Made by a program: the position numbers and the translations under genes. A DNA stretch of 64,000 nucleotides from Brevibacterium luteolum (GTDB taxonomy: Bacteria; Actinomycetota; Actinomycetes; Actinomycetales; Brevibacteriaceae), in the NCBI RefSeq assembly GCF_013004595.1, contig NZ_JABEMC010000003.1:310001-374000 (forward strand). The letters are read 5' to 3'. This document shows positions 48,525-58,223 of this stretch, piece after piece. Position 1 is the stretch's first letter. Each line of letters starts with the position of its first letter. The notes under the pieces are model-generated. The model was not told where the DNA came from. It saw only the letters and a program-made list of their open reading frames with translations, and did not search any database.

Positions 48525-49361
48525 TCAGCCGTCGAGCTGCCTGGCAGCGGTGGTCAGGACGAAGTCGATGAGTGGCTGGTACAGCTGCGGGACGACATCG
48601 TCATCGAGCGGCACACTGACGTCGACCTGGCCCTGCGCCTCGGCGACGAAGAGGGCAGGGTCGTTGCAGTCGGCGAACCCGATCGAACGCAACCCGCGGG
48701 TGCCGGCACAGCCGGCCCACCCGTGATCGGCGACGACGAGGTCCGGTGCCTCTTCTCCCCTGGTCTTCAGCTCATCGAGCAGCGCTGCCATCGGTTCGGC
48801 TAGGTGTGTATGCGGCACGCCGCCGTGCTGGTGCCATACCCACACGCCGCTGATGCGCCGCAGGTCCCCGCCGATGTCCGGGACTGCGATGTACCCGTCA
48901 GGTGAGATCACCTGGGCACCGTTTTCGGCTGCCCACGCGGCGAAGGCCATGTGCACCGGCAGCATCCCGCCGGGATGTCCAGTGGCGAAGAGGATTTGGG
49001 CCTCAGCCGCGACCGCCGAACCGAGGACATCACCAAAGCGCATCAGCGCTTCGATGCAGCGTTCGGTGGAGATTGTGTCGACACCTTCGGTGAATTCCGG
49101 ATCCGGACGCAGACCGACCTTCTCCACCATGAGCGCGAAGACCTTCTCGTAATCCCATTCCTGGGTCAGCTCGACACCGAAGTCGAACTGCCGCTCCTGA
49201 TCGAGGAACCGGTGGATGTGGGAGAGGTTGTTCTCCCGCGGAGTGCCGACCTCGCCGGTGATCCGCCCGGCCTCCAGGGCCGCAGCCAGCTCCGGGTGCT
49301 CCTCGCACAGCGGTCCGGGTACGTTTCCGGTGGCTGCCGGCACACTCTGCTCCTCGGTCAC
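48525..49361 (-). CDS. Actinobacterial putative phosphatase family protein
   Basis: TPRENNL, ATGHPG, HTH, ADHGWAG, ADCNDPALFV, VPLDD motifs. Confidence 0.7.
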   Translation of the reverse strand: MTEEQSVPAATGNVPGPLCEEHPELAAALEAGRITGEVGTPRENNLSHIHRFLDQERQFDFGVELTQEWDYEKVFALMVEKVGLRPDPEFTEGVDTISTERCIEALMRFGDVLGSAVAAEAQILFATGHPGGMLPVHMAFAAWAAENGAQVISPDGYIAVPDIGGDLRRISGVWVWHQHGGVPHTHLAEPMAALLDELKTRGEEAPDLVVADHGWAGCAGTRGLRSIGFADCNDPALFVAEAQGQVDVSVPLDDDVVPQLYQPLIDFVLTTAARQLDG

Positions 49362-49476
49362 AGACGTCTCCCTTTTTTGTCAGCAATGCCAGAGGTCAGC
49401 CTATCGAAACAGAGCGCTACCAGCTTGGCGCTGTGGCCCAATAGCGACTGTACCGTCAGCACTCTACGTGCTGACC

Positions 49477-52400
49477 TCAGTCTCCAGACTCGCCATTCCC
49501 TGCGGTAAGTCCCCGGAATCGCTCAATGAATCCGGAGAGCGCATTGATGACTCGTTTCTTTTTGTCGCCGTGGTTGGACTCGCGGTTGAATCGTGACACG
49601 GGCGGCAGGATGCGGATGATCTCGGTGCCTGTCGTGCGCAAATGTCCGTCTCGGAACGCCGCATCCACGAACGACTGCGTCTCCTCCCGCTTAAGCTTGT
49701 GCGCTTCGATGAGGTCTTGAAGCTCAGACTCGCGCTTCGCGGCGATGTACGCCTGCCACTGCTCATCGACCGCGCCCTGCAGCGATACCGACTCGACGAA
49801 GTCCTCCACGAGGTCGCGCTTACTGCGCAGGGTCGGGCTCGCATCGACAGCGCGCGTGATCTCGGCACGGACTTCCTTGTCGTCACCGTCGCCCTTTTCG
49901 GTACGGAGCTTTTCGACGAGCATGAGGATGTAGTCGACGTTGATCTCTACCTGCTTGACGAGCTCGATCTCGAACACCACGTCATCATTGATGACTTCTC
50001 TGTCGCCGTCGCGGTCTCGCGTGTACTCGTCGCGGAGGCGCAGGTAGATGCTGGTGTAGTCCTGACGACGTCGCTCAGTGAGTGGGTCGTTGCCACAGAA
50101 GTCGTCGAACGAGCTGAGGATATTCCGCAGCCGCAGGATCGCGCCGAAAAGCTGGATGAAGCCCTTCTGCGCCTGCTCCCCTACGATCTGCTGCCCGATC
50201 GGGAAGTACGTGAGCAGTTCGGTGACCTTGTCGGCATACTCGCCGTAGTAATCCCCGTACGGTTTCAGCAGGACGACGCCGCGGGCGTCCTTGTTGCCGA
50301 ACAGTTCCAGCGCGGCGTTCGTTTCTTCCTCGAGGTCGCGGAAGGCGACGATGTTGCCATAGGTCTTCACCGAGTTGAGGATGCGATTCGTGCGCGAGTA
50401 CGCCTGGATCAGGCCGTGGGCGCGCAGGTTCTTGTCGACGAACAGCGTGTTCAGTGTGGTCGCGTCGAAGCCGGTGAGGAACATGTTCACCACGATCACC
50501 AGGTCGATCTCGCGGTTCTTCATCCGCTGCGACAGGTCCTTGTAGTAGTTCTGGAACCGGTCGGCGCTCGTGTCGTAGCTGGTCCCGAACATGTCGTTGT
50601 AGTCCTGAATCGCGTCTTCCAGGAACGAGCGCGTGTCGAGGTCGAGCGCATCGGTGTCGAAAGCTTCATCATCGAGGATTCCGTCGGCTTCGGCCTCGTT
50701 CGCGCCGTAGCTGAAGATCAGCCCGATCTTCAGCCGCTTGTCCGGTGGCAGCTCCTCCATCTGCAGCTGAAACTGGTTGTAGTAGCGGCGTGCGGCATCG
50801 ATCGACGCGGTAGCGAACAGCGCGTTGAATCCGCGAACCCGCTTCCGCTCCGTGAGTGCCTCCGCCTGACGCCGGCCCCGCACCGAGTCGGCAACGTTCG
50901 TCACGACGCCGTGTTCGTAGCTCGATGCGCGCTTCGTCTTCTGATCGAAGTGCTCCAGAATGTAAGCCACGACTTGCCGGATCCGGCGCACATCCAGAAG
51001 AGCTCGCTCACGGTCGATCGCTGACACCTGTGAGTCGTCGGGGTTCCCGACCTTAATGGTGTTGATGTAGTCGATCCGGAACGGCAGCACGTTCTTGTCT
51101 GTGATGGCGTCGACGATCGTGTACGTGTGCAACTTGTCGCCGAACGCCTGCTCAGTCGTGCGCAACTGAGGGTTGCCGCCGCTGCCGGCGTTGGCGGCGA
51201 AGATCGGCGTGCCGGTGAACCCGAACAGGTTGTACTTCTTGAACGCGCGTGTGATGTCGGTGTGCATGTCGCCGAACTGCGACCGGTGGCACTCATCGAA
51301 GATGATCACCGCGTGGCCCGAGAATACCGCGTGACCCTTGTTCGCCTTGATGAACGTCGACAGCTTCTGGATCGTTGTGATGATGATCCGCGCACCGGGG
51401 TCCTCGAGCTGCTTCTTCAACACCGCCGTCGACGTGTTCGAGTTCGCCGCGCCCTTCTCGAACCGGTCGTACTCTCGCATCGTTTGGTAGTCGAGGTCCT
51501 TGCGGTCAACGACGAACAGCACCTTGTCCACACTCGGCATCTTCGATGCGAGCTGCGCTGCCTTGAACGAGGTGAGCGTCTTGCCCGAGCCGGTGGTGTG
51601 CCAGACGTATCCTCCGGCGTCGAGTGTGCCGAGCGTCTTGTAGTTCGTCGAGATCTGGATCTTCTGCAGCATCCGCTCGGTCGCGACGATCTGGTATGGC
51701 CGCATCACCAGCAGGTCGCGGTCCGCGGTGAGCACGCAGTACTTCGTCAGGATGTTCAACAGCGAGTGCTTCGCGAAGAACGTCTTCACGAACGCTGTCA
51801 GCTCGGTGATCGGCTTGTTGTTCGCATCGGCCCACCAGCTGGTGAACTCGAACGAGTTACTCGTCTTCCTGCCCTTGCCGGCACCGCCAGACTTCTTCTG
51901 CTCGGCCAGGTGCCTGTTGCGAGTGCTGTTGGAGTAGTACTTCGTGAGCGTGCCGTTACTGATCACGAACAATTGCACGTACTCGAACAGGCCCGAGCCC
52001 GCCCAAAAGCTGTCGCGCTGGTACCGGTTGATCTGGTTGAAAGCCTCCCGGATGTCCACCCCGCGACGCTTCAACTCAATGTGCACCATCGGCAGCCCGT
52101 TGACCAGCACGGTCACGTCGTAGCGATTGGCGTACCTCGCCCCACCCTCGCCAGCGTCACCCTCGCCCCGACCGATCTCGTACTGATTGATGACCTGCAG
52201 CCGATTGTTGTGGATATTCGTCTTGTCGACCAGCGTGACGTTCTTCGTCGTCCCGTCATCGCGCCTGAGGATCTGGACGTGATCCTCCTGCACGCGCGCG
52301 GTCTTCTCGACGATGCCGTCGTTCGCACCTGCGATCTTCGTCGTGAAGAACTGCTCCCACTCAGCATCCGAGAAGGTCATTCTATTGACCTTCTCCAGCT

Positions 52401-52611
52401 GCCTGCGCAGGTTCGCGACCAGCTCAGCCTCGGACGTGATCGGCAAGTAGTCGTATGCTTGCCCTCGGAGGAGCCGAACCATCTCCTTCTCGAGCGCGGA
52501 CTCCGACTGATACGCATCAGCCTGCAACGGATCGTGCACATACTCAGCGACGACCGTGCTCTCCGACGAGACAGCAATCGGATCGTACGTGCGCGCCGGT
52601 GCATCGCTCAC
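49477..52611 (-). CDS. hsdR: Type I restriction endonuclease subunit R (EcoR124I-like)
   Basis: RYDVTVLVNGLPMVHIELK, WHTTGSGKT, DECHRSQFG, FTGTP, MFLTGFD, QAYSRTNR. Confidence 0.96.
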   Translation of the reverse strand: MSDAPARTYDPIAVSSESTVVAEYVHDPLQADAYQSESALEKEMVRLLRGQAYDYLPITSEAELVANLRRQLEKVNRMTFSDAEWEQFFTTKIAGANDGIVEKTARVQEDHVQILRRDDGTTKNVTLVDKTNIHNNRLQVINQYEIGRGEGDAGEGGARYANRYDVTVLVNGLPMVHIELKRRGVDIREAFNQINRYQRDSFWAGSGLFEYVQLFVISNGTLTKYYSNSTRNRHLAEQKKSGGAGKGRKTSNSFEFTSWWADANNKPITELTAFVKTFFAKHSLLNILTKYCVLTADRDLLVMRPYQIVATERMLQKIQISTNYKTLGTLDAGGYVWHTTGSGKTLTSFKAAQLASKMPSVDKVLFVVDRKDLDYQTMREYDRFEKGAANSNTSTAVLKKQLEDPGARIIITTIQKLSTFIKANKGHAVFSGHAVIIFDECHRSQFGDMHTDITRAFKKYNLFGFTGTPIFAANAGSGGNPQLRTTEQAFGDKLHTYTIVDAITDKNVLPFRIDYINTIKVGNPDDSQVSAIDRERALLDVRRIRQVVAYILEHFDQKTKRASSYEHGVVTNVADSVRGRRQAEALTERKRVRGFNALFATASIDAARRYYNQFQLQMEELPPDKRLKIGLIFSYGANEAEADGILDDEAFDTDALDLDTRSFLEDAIQDYNDMFGTSYDTSADRFQNYYKDLSQRMKNREIDLVIVVNMFLTGFDATTLNTLFVDKNLRAHGLIQAYSRTNRILNSVKTYGNIVAFRDLEEETNAALELFGNKDARGVVLLKPYGDYYGEYADKVTELLTYFPIGQQIVGEQAQKGFIQLFGAILRLRNILSSFDDFCGNDPLTERRRQDYTSIYLRLRDEYTRDRDGDREVINDDVVFEIELVKQVEINVDYILMLVEKLRTEKGDGDDKEVRAEITRAVDASPTLRSKRDLVEDFVESVSLQGAVDEQWQAYIAAKRESELQDLIEAHKLKREETQSFVDAAFRDGHLRTTGTEIIRILPPVSRFNRESNHGDKKKRVINALSGFIERFRGLTAGNGESGD

Positions 52612-53870
52612 GACGGTAGCTCCTTGAAGGCCAGCAGACGGTCGCGGTAGTACTCGTACTGCTTGCGACGGGCGGCAAGCTCGGCAGGGAGACCGATACT
52701 GATGTCGTTGGTGAGAGCATCGAAGCGATCCATGATGTGAACGACTCGTTCTTGGTCACTAACGCTGGGAACTGGGACCTCGAACTCCCAGAGCTTCCTA
52801 CTGTCAAGCGACGCCACAGATCCGCCGATACGCCGGACGCGACGGAGCATCTCGGCGCGCTGTCCCCGGATGGCGTGGAACAGATAGCGCGGAAGAACTC
52901 CGTCCGCAGCCACCACCGCTTTCAAATCCTGGTTCAAAGCAGCAGGACGTGTGAGAAACGAGACTGGAAGTGTGTGATCAAGAATGCTGGATCGGGTCAC
53001 AATCACCACGGCGTGCCTTGGAACGAGCTTCGTTGATGAGCCCGCCACTGCTGCTTCCGTAATGTGATCCTCCGTGTCGGATATGGTCGAATTTCCCATG
53101 TCCTTCGGCGATACCCATGGGACCGTGCCATCGATCCAGTACTCTGGCTTGCTCTTCGAAGGCGTACCGCCACCATACCAGCGTCCAAGGTCACGCATCG
53201 AGACCATTCGTGCACCGTCAGATACCACACCTTCGAAGAGAGACGATGTGTAGTACAAATATTGGGCGCGCCGGGCTTCCAGCTCCGCTTTCAGCTCCGC
53301 TTCCAGCTCCGCTTCCAGCTGAGTGAACTTATCCAATACTCGCACGATCTCGCGCTGCACCTCGAGAGGCGGCAAGGGGACGCGGAACCCACGCATGACG
53401 CTGGCGTTCAAGTTATTGATCGTCGAGGTCGAGAGCGAGCGATCGAGGTGAGTTTTGAATCGCTTACCCGTGAGAAGATGGAACAGAAATCGACTTTCCA
53501 CACGCGCATCAGTCGTGCGAAGGACCGCCATGAAGCCACCAAACGTCTGCCCGATCTCCTCGCGAATGTATGCGACCTTGCCTATGTGATCGCGGCTACC
53601 GCTACCAGCACAGATGAGTGTGTCGCCAGCTCGCAGGCGCTGTGCGTCGCGAACACGAACATGACTTGAGACACGCTTCACGTCCTCAAAGTTGAGCGTG
53701 TTGGAGGCGAGCGTGATGTTGTTGGCGCGGAGCACCTGAATCTCCCCTGCCGAATCCTCGTCGTTCTTGCTGTAAGTGATGCCACGCACGTAGTCGGCGA
53801 TATCGAGAACGCCAGTATGCTCCACCCCGTCCGGGCAAAGTTCCTGGATCAGGTCATCGATGCCGCTCAC
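52608..53870 (-). CDS. hsdS: Type I restriction-modification specificity subunit
   Basis: Two TRDs, PLPPLEVQREIV, EAEL repeat spacer, KQYEYYRDRLL; visibly lower GC than the flanks. Confidence 0.95.
   Translation of the reverse strand: MSGIDDLIQELCPDGVEHTGVLDIADYVRGITYSKNDEDSAGEIQVLRANNITLASNTLNFEDVKRVSSHVRVRDAQRLRAGDTLICAGSGSRDHIGKVAYIREEIGQTFGGFMAVLRTTDARVESRFLFHLLTGKRFKTHLDRSLSTSTINNLNASVMRGFRVPLPPLEVQREIVRVLDKFTQLEAELEAELKAELEARRAQYLYYTSSLFEGVVSDGARMVSMRDLGRWYGGGTPSKSKPEYWIDGTVPWVSPKDMGNSTISDTEDHITEAAVAGSSTKLVPRHAVVIVTRSSILDHTLPVSFLTRPAALNQDLKAVVAADGVLPRYLFHAIRGQRAEMLRRVRRIGGSVASLDSRKLWEFEVPVPSVSDQERVVHIMDRFDALTNDISIGLPAELAARRKQYEYYRDRLLAFKELPS
53275..53320. repeat. 12-bp tandem repeat (about 3.8 copies) encoding the EAEL/KAEL spacer of HsdS
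   Basis: GCTTCCAGCTCC GCTTTCAGCTCC GCTTCCAGCTCC GCTTCCAGCT. Confidence 0.9.
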
Positions 53871-55435
53871 TTGGAGCCCTCCAGATCTGCCACGATATCG
53901 TCGATCGCTACACGGAGCTCGGCCTGGCGCGCGACGATGCGCGCGATCTCGGCGTTCAGCTCGACGATGTCGACCTCCTCGCGTGTATCCTCCGCCTCCA
54001 CGTACGACGACACCGCGATGTTGTAGTCATTGGCTGCGATGTCTTCGTTGCCCACGATGGTGGCGAAGTGGTCCTGCGGCTCGCGCGTCGTGAACGCTTC
54101 GAGGATCCGCCCCCGGTGCTCCTCGAGCAGCTTGTTCTTGTTGCCGACGCGTTTGAACTCGGCTGACGCGTCGATGAACAGTACGTCGCTGGTCTTCTTC
54201 GACTTCTTCAGCACGAGGATGCAGGTCGCGATCGTTGTACCAAAGAACAGGTCCGGCGGCAGCTGGATGACGGCATCAATGTAGTTGTTGTCGACGAGGT
54301 ACTGGCGAATCTTCTTCTCCGCTCCCCCGCGGTACAGAACGCCAGGGAACTCAACGATCGCGGCCGTGCCGTTGACGGCGAGCCAGCTGAGCATGTGCAT
54401 CGTGAATGCCAAGTCGGCCTTCGACTTCGGCGCGAGGACACCAGCCGGCGCGAACCGCTCGTCGTTGATCAAGAGCGGGTTGGCATCGCCCTCCCACTTG
54501 ATGGAGTAGGGCGGGTTGGAAACGATCGCCTCGAACGGCTCATCGTCCCAGTGGGCGGGGTCGAGGAGCGTGTCACCATGGGCGAGGTTGAAGTCGGCAT
54601 AGTTCACGTCGTGCAGGAACATGTTGATCCGCGCGAGGTTGTACGTGGTCAGGTTGATCTCCTGACCGTAGAACCCCTGGGGGACGTTGTTCTTGCCGAG
54701 CACCTTGTCGAACTTCAGCAGCAGCGAACCCGAGCCGACGGCCGGGTCGTAGACCTTATTGACCTGCTCCTTGCCGACGACCGTGATGCGCGCCAGCAGC
54801 TCGGAGACCTCTTGCGGCGTGTAATACTCACCACCGGACTTTCCCGCATTGGCGGCGTACATCTGCATCAGGTACTCGTAGGCATCGCCAAACAGGTCGA
54901 TCGAGTTGTCCTCCCACCGCCCCAGCGGCAGATCGCCGATCGCGTCGAGCAACTTCACCAGCTTCTGATTGCGCTTGGCAACAGTTGAGCCGAGCTTGCT
55001 GCTGTTCACATCCAGGTCGTCGAACAGTCCCTTGATGTCGTCCTCACTGTCTGTACCCAGCGCCGACGCCTCGATGTTCTTGAAGACCCGCTCGAGCGTC
55101 TCATTGAGGTTCTCATCCCGCGCCGCGCGCGCCCGGACGTTGACAAACAGGTCGGACGGCAGAATGTAGAACCCCTTCTCCGCGACAACTTCGTCGCGCG
55201 CGAATTCCGCCTCCGAGTCAGACATCCTGGTGTAGTCGAACGAAGCGTCCCCTGCTTCGTGCTCGCCACTGTTGATGTAGGCGGTGAGGTTCTCTGAGAT
55301 GAACCGATAGAACAGCATCCCCAGCACGTAGGACTTGAAGTCCCACCCGTCTACGCTTCCGCGCAGGTCGTTAGCGATGCGCCAGATGGTCTTGTGCAGC
55401 TCGGTACGCTGCGCCTCTTTGGTGGTCGGTGCCAC
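53867..55435 (-). CDS. hsdM: Type I DNA methyltransferase subunit M (m6A)
   Basis: IWRIANDLRG, YDPAVGSGSLL, NPPY; GTG start preceded by GGAGGAG. Confidence 0.96.
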   Translation of the reverse strand: MAPTTKEAQRTELHKTIWRIANDLRGSVDGWDFKSYVLGMLFYRFISENLTAYINSGEHEAGDASFDYTRMSDSEAEFARDEVVAEKGFYILPSDLFVNVRARAARDENLNETLERVFKNIEASALGTDSEDDIKGLFDDLDVNSSKLGSTVAKRNQKLVKLLDAIGDLPLGRWEDNSIDLFGDAYEYLMQMYAANAGKSGGEYYTPQEVSELLARITVVGKEQVNKVYDPAVGSGSLLLKFDKVLGKNNVPQGFYGQEINLTTYNLARINMFLHDVNYADFNLAHGDTLLDPAHWDDEPFEAIVSNPPYSIKWEGDANPLLINDERFAPAGVLAPKSKADLAFTMHMLSWLAVNGTAAIVEFPGVLYRGGAEKKIRQYLVDNNYIDAVIQLPPDLFFGTTIATCILVLKKSKKTSDVLFIDASAEFKRVGNKNKLLEEHRGRILEAFTTREPQDHFATIVGNEDIAANDYNIAVSSYVEAEDTREEVDIVELNAEIARIVARQAELRVAIDDIVADLEGSK

Positions 55436-55488
55436 GGGCTCTCTCCTCCGCGCCACAGCGCAATAACAATGTTCCGTTGTTTGCTCTT

Positions 55489-55510
55489 ACCCTACCGGGC
55501 ACCACGGACA
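55489..55510 (-). promoter_or_regulatory. PafBC/RecA-NDp-like promoter upstream of hsdM
   Basis: Minus strand TGTCCG-TGGTGCCCGG-TA-GGG-T; exact N10 spacing; close match to the motif at 16392-16413. Confidence 0.6.
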
Positions 55511-55623
55511 TCCGACGGAAGGTTGGGGCCCGTGTTCGACGCGCACGGTTCGCGCCGAACGCGGATGAACTGAATAGTCGCCGCCCGCGCCTTGCCCTGA
55601 CACCGAAGCTATTGCGATCTCGG

Positions 55624-56517
55624 TCACCGCGTCGCGTAGAACGCTACCGCTGAACTCGCTGCGACGTTGAGCGAGTCCACACCGTGCATCATCGGGATCG
55701 TCACCCGTGCATCAAGACGGCTGTCCGTGCCGCGCTTGAGGCCATCGCCTTCGGTGCCGAAGACGAGCGCCAGCCGCTGATGCTCGGCAGCCACGAGCTC
55801 ATCGAGGGTGATCGCGCCTTCACCCAGTGACATGCCAGCGACGTAGAAGCCTGCGTCTTTGAGCAGGTCGATGCCGGCTGGCCACGGGTCGATGCGCGTC
55901 CACGGGATCTGGAAGACCGTGCCCATCGACACGCGGATCGACCGCCGGTACATCGGATCGGCACACTCCGGTGTCACCAGCACGGCATCGACTCCGAGTG
56001 CCGCAGCTGACCGGAAGGCGGCCCCGACGTTGGTGTGATCGACCAATCCTTCGAACACTGCGATCCGGCACCGGGGCGCACCAGCGTCGAGCACCTCAGC
56101 GACCACCTCGGCGGCGGTGCGCGGTGCCGGCCGGGCCATCGCCGCCAGCGCCCCGCGGTGCAGGTGGAAGCCGGTGAGTTCTTCGATCCGGGCTTCGGTG
56201 CCGATGTAGATCGGCCCGGTCGTCTCGGTGAGGATGTCGGTCATGCCGGCGAACCACTTGCGGCTCATGAGGAAGGACTGCGGCTCATGTCCGGCGGCCA
56301 GGGCACGGCGGATGATCTTCGTGCTCTCGGCCAGGTAGATGCCCCATTCGGGTTCGGCCGCTGAGCGCAGCCGAACATCAGTCAGCTGCGTGTAGGCGGC
56401 CAGCTCCGGGGCGTCGAGATCATCGAAGAAGCGCAGCCGGTCGGCATTGATGCCGCATTCGTCGGCCAGCGCACGGATCTCAGCTTCGGTGGGTTCGGCC
56501 TTGCGCGGGGTGTTCAT
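55624..56517 (-). CDS. TrmH/SpoU family RNA methyltransferase
   Basis: DHTNVGAAFRSAAALG, RRSIRVSMG, GTEGDGL, DSLNVAAS. Confidence 0.92.
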   Translation of the reverse strand: MNTPRKAEPTEAEIRALADECGINADRLRFFDDLDAPELAAYTQLTDVRLRSAAEPEWGIYLAESTKIIRRALAAGHEPQSFLMSRKWFAGMTDILTETTGPIYIGTEARIEELTGFHLHRGALAAMARPAPRTAAEVVAEVLDAGAPRCRIAVFEGLVDHTNVGAAFRSAAALGVDAVLVTPECADPMYRRSIRVSMGTVFQIPWTRIDPWPAGIDLLKDAGFYVAGMSLGEGAITLDELVAAEHQRLALVFGTEGDGLKRGTDSRLDARVTIPMMHGVDSLNVAASSAVAFYATR

Positions 56518-56539
56518 GATGGGGTTCGTCGTTTCTGGC

Positions 56540-57358
56540 TCACATCTGCAGGATGTTCCACAGTGCCACCAGGCCGAGGATGACGATGACGCTGCGCAGC
56601 AGCACCGGTGAGAACTTCCGGCCCACCCGCGCTCCGAGGTAGCCGCCGATGAGCGAGCCGGCAGCGATGAGACCGGCGGCCATCCAGTTGATGCGGTCGA
56701 AGCCGACGATGACGTAGATGCTGGCCGCGACCGTGTTGACAACCAGGACGAGCACGTTCTTCGCGCCGTTGATGCGCTGCAGGGTCTCCGGCAGCAGCAT
56801 GCCGAGCAGCGCGATGAGGATGATGCCCTGGGCGGCGGCGAAGTATCCGCCGTAGACGGCTGTGGCGTAGACGGCGATGAACACGGCGATGTGCCGACCG
56901 ATCGACATCGACGGCGGTCCGGCTGGCCCGGCATCGTCGAGTGCCGGTGCGGCTTGGTCGGCTGAGCGCATCGCCCGGTCGCGCAGCAGTCGTTGGAGCA
57001 TCGGCTGGAAGATCACGAGCAGCAGGGCGAGCACGAGCAGCACCGGCACGATCGTGATGAACGCATCCTCGGGCAGGTGCAGCAGCAGATACGCACCGGT
57101 GAGCGCGCCGAGCAGGCTGGCGGGGATGAGCTGGAGCATCCGCTTCTTCTGCCCGGCCAGCTCCGTGCGGTAGCCGAACGAGGAGGCGATGTTGCCGGGG
57201 ATGAGGCCCACGGCATTGCTCATCGTCGCCGTAACCGGCGGCACGCCGAAGGCGACGAGAGCCGGGAAGGTGATGAGGGTGCCGGAGCCGACGATCGCGT
57301 TGATCCCTCCGGCGCCGACGCCGGCGAGCAGCGTCAGCAGGATGTGATGCAGTTCCAT
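56540..57358 (-). CDS. Sulfite exporter TauE/SafE family protein
   Basis: AGGINAIVGSGTLITFPAL, YGGYFAAAQG, NGAKN. Confidence 0.9.
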   Translation of the reverse strand: MELHHILLTLLAGVGAGGINAIVGSGTLITFPALVAFGVPPVTATMSNAVGLIPGNIASSFGYRTELAGQKKRMLQLIPASLLGALTGAYLLLHLPEDAFITIVPVLLVLALLLVIFQPMLQRLLRDRAMRSADQAAPALDDAGPAGPPSMSIGRHIAVFIAVYATAVYGGYFAAAQGIILIALLGMLLPETLQRINGAKNVLVLVVNTVAASIYVIVGFDRINWMAAGLIAAGSLIGGYLGARVGRKFSPVLLRSVIVILGLVALWNILQM

Positions 57359-57367
57359 GCCGGCGGC

Positions 57368-58153
57368 TCAGTACCGTGCCTGGGCGTGGTAGCGGCCGTC
57401 CTCCACTCCGATGCGGACAGGCACCGAGAACGTCTCCGAGAGGTTCTCTGCCGTCAGGGTCTCCTCGATCGGCCCGGCGGCCACGGCGTCGCCGTCCTTA
57501 AGCAGGAGCGCATGCGTGATGCCCTGCGGGATCTCCTCGACGTGGTGGGTGACCATGAGGGTTGTCGGTGCGTAGCGGGCGGAGAGGATCTCGGTCAGCG
57601 CCTGCAGCAGCTCTTCGCGCCCGCCGAGGTCGAGTCCGCTGGCCGGCTCGTCGAGCAGCAGCAGCTCAGGGTCGGTCATGAGTGCGCGGGCGATCTGCAC
57701 GCGCTTGCGCTCACCTTCGGACAGGCTGCCGAAGCGGCGTTCGCTCATCTTCTCCATCCCGAAGGCTGCCAGCAGGTCCTCGGCCCGGGAGGTGTCGACC
57801 TCGTCATAGGCCTCGGTCCAGCGGCCGAGCACGCCGTAGGCGGCGGTGAGGATGATGTCGATGACCTTCTCGGAGTTCGGCATGCGCGCAGCCAGATGCT
57901 GGGAGGCATACCCGATGCGCGGGCGCAGTTCGAAGACGTCGACGCGCCCGAGGCGGTGGCTGAGGATGTCGACGGAGCCGGAGCTGGGGTGCATGCGCCC
58001 GGAGGCCAGTTCGAGCAGCGTGGTCTTGCCGGCTCCGTTGGGACCCAGGATCGTCCAATGCTGCCCTTCGCTCACCTGCAGGGACAGACCGTTAAGAAGG
58101 AGGTTCTCCCCACGGCGGACACGGACATCGTCAAGGACCAGAACATCGCTCAT
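57368..58153 (-). CDS. ABC transporter ATP-binding protein
   Basis: GPNGAGKT, LSEGERKR, LLLDEP. Confidence 0.92.
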   Translation of the reverse strand: MSDVLVLDDVRVRRGENLLLNGLSLQVSEGQHWTILGPNGAGKTTLLELASGRMHPSSGSVDILSHRLGRVDVFELRPRIGYASQHLAARMPNSEKVIDIILTAAYGVLGRWTEAYDEVDTSRAEDLLAAFGMEKMSERRFGSLSEGERKRVQIARALMTDPELLLLDEPASGLDLGGREELLQALTEILSARYAPTTLMVTHHVEEIPQGITHALLLKDGDAVAAGPIEETLTAENLSETFSVPVRIGVEDGRYHAQARY

Positions 58154-58223
58154 AGACCAAACCTTAGTACAGAACAGACTGCCGTTCCTCGCCCCTCCAG
58201 GGGCATGTTCTACAGTGTGCACA

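Noticed and set aside
15145..56934. Long N-terminal extensions in the ORF track (S2P to 16833, sqdB from 27189, tetR from 33680, imuA to 46447, trmH to 56934)
   Set aside because: They overlap neighbouring genes; -10 elements or RBS support the shorter starts, so these are not fusions.
56540..57358. TauE sulfite exporter as part of the sqdB pathway
   Set aside because: It is over 26 kb away and in an ordinary core context with the ABC ATPase and SpoU genes; no evidence of a link.
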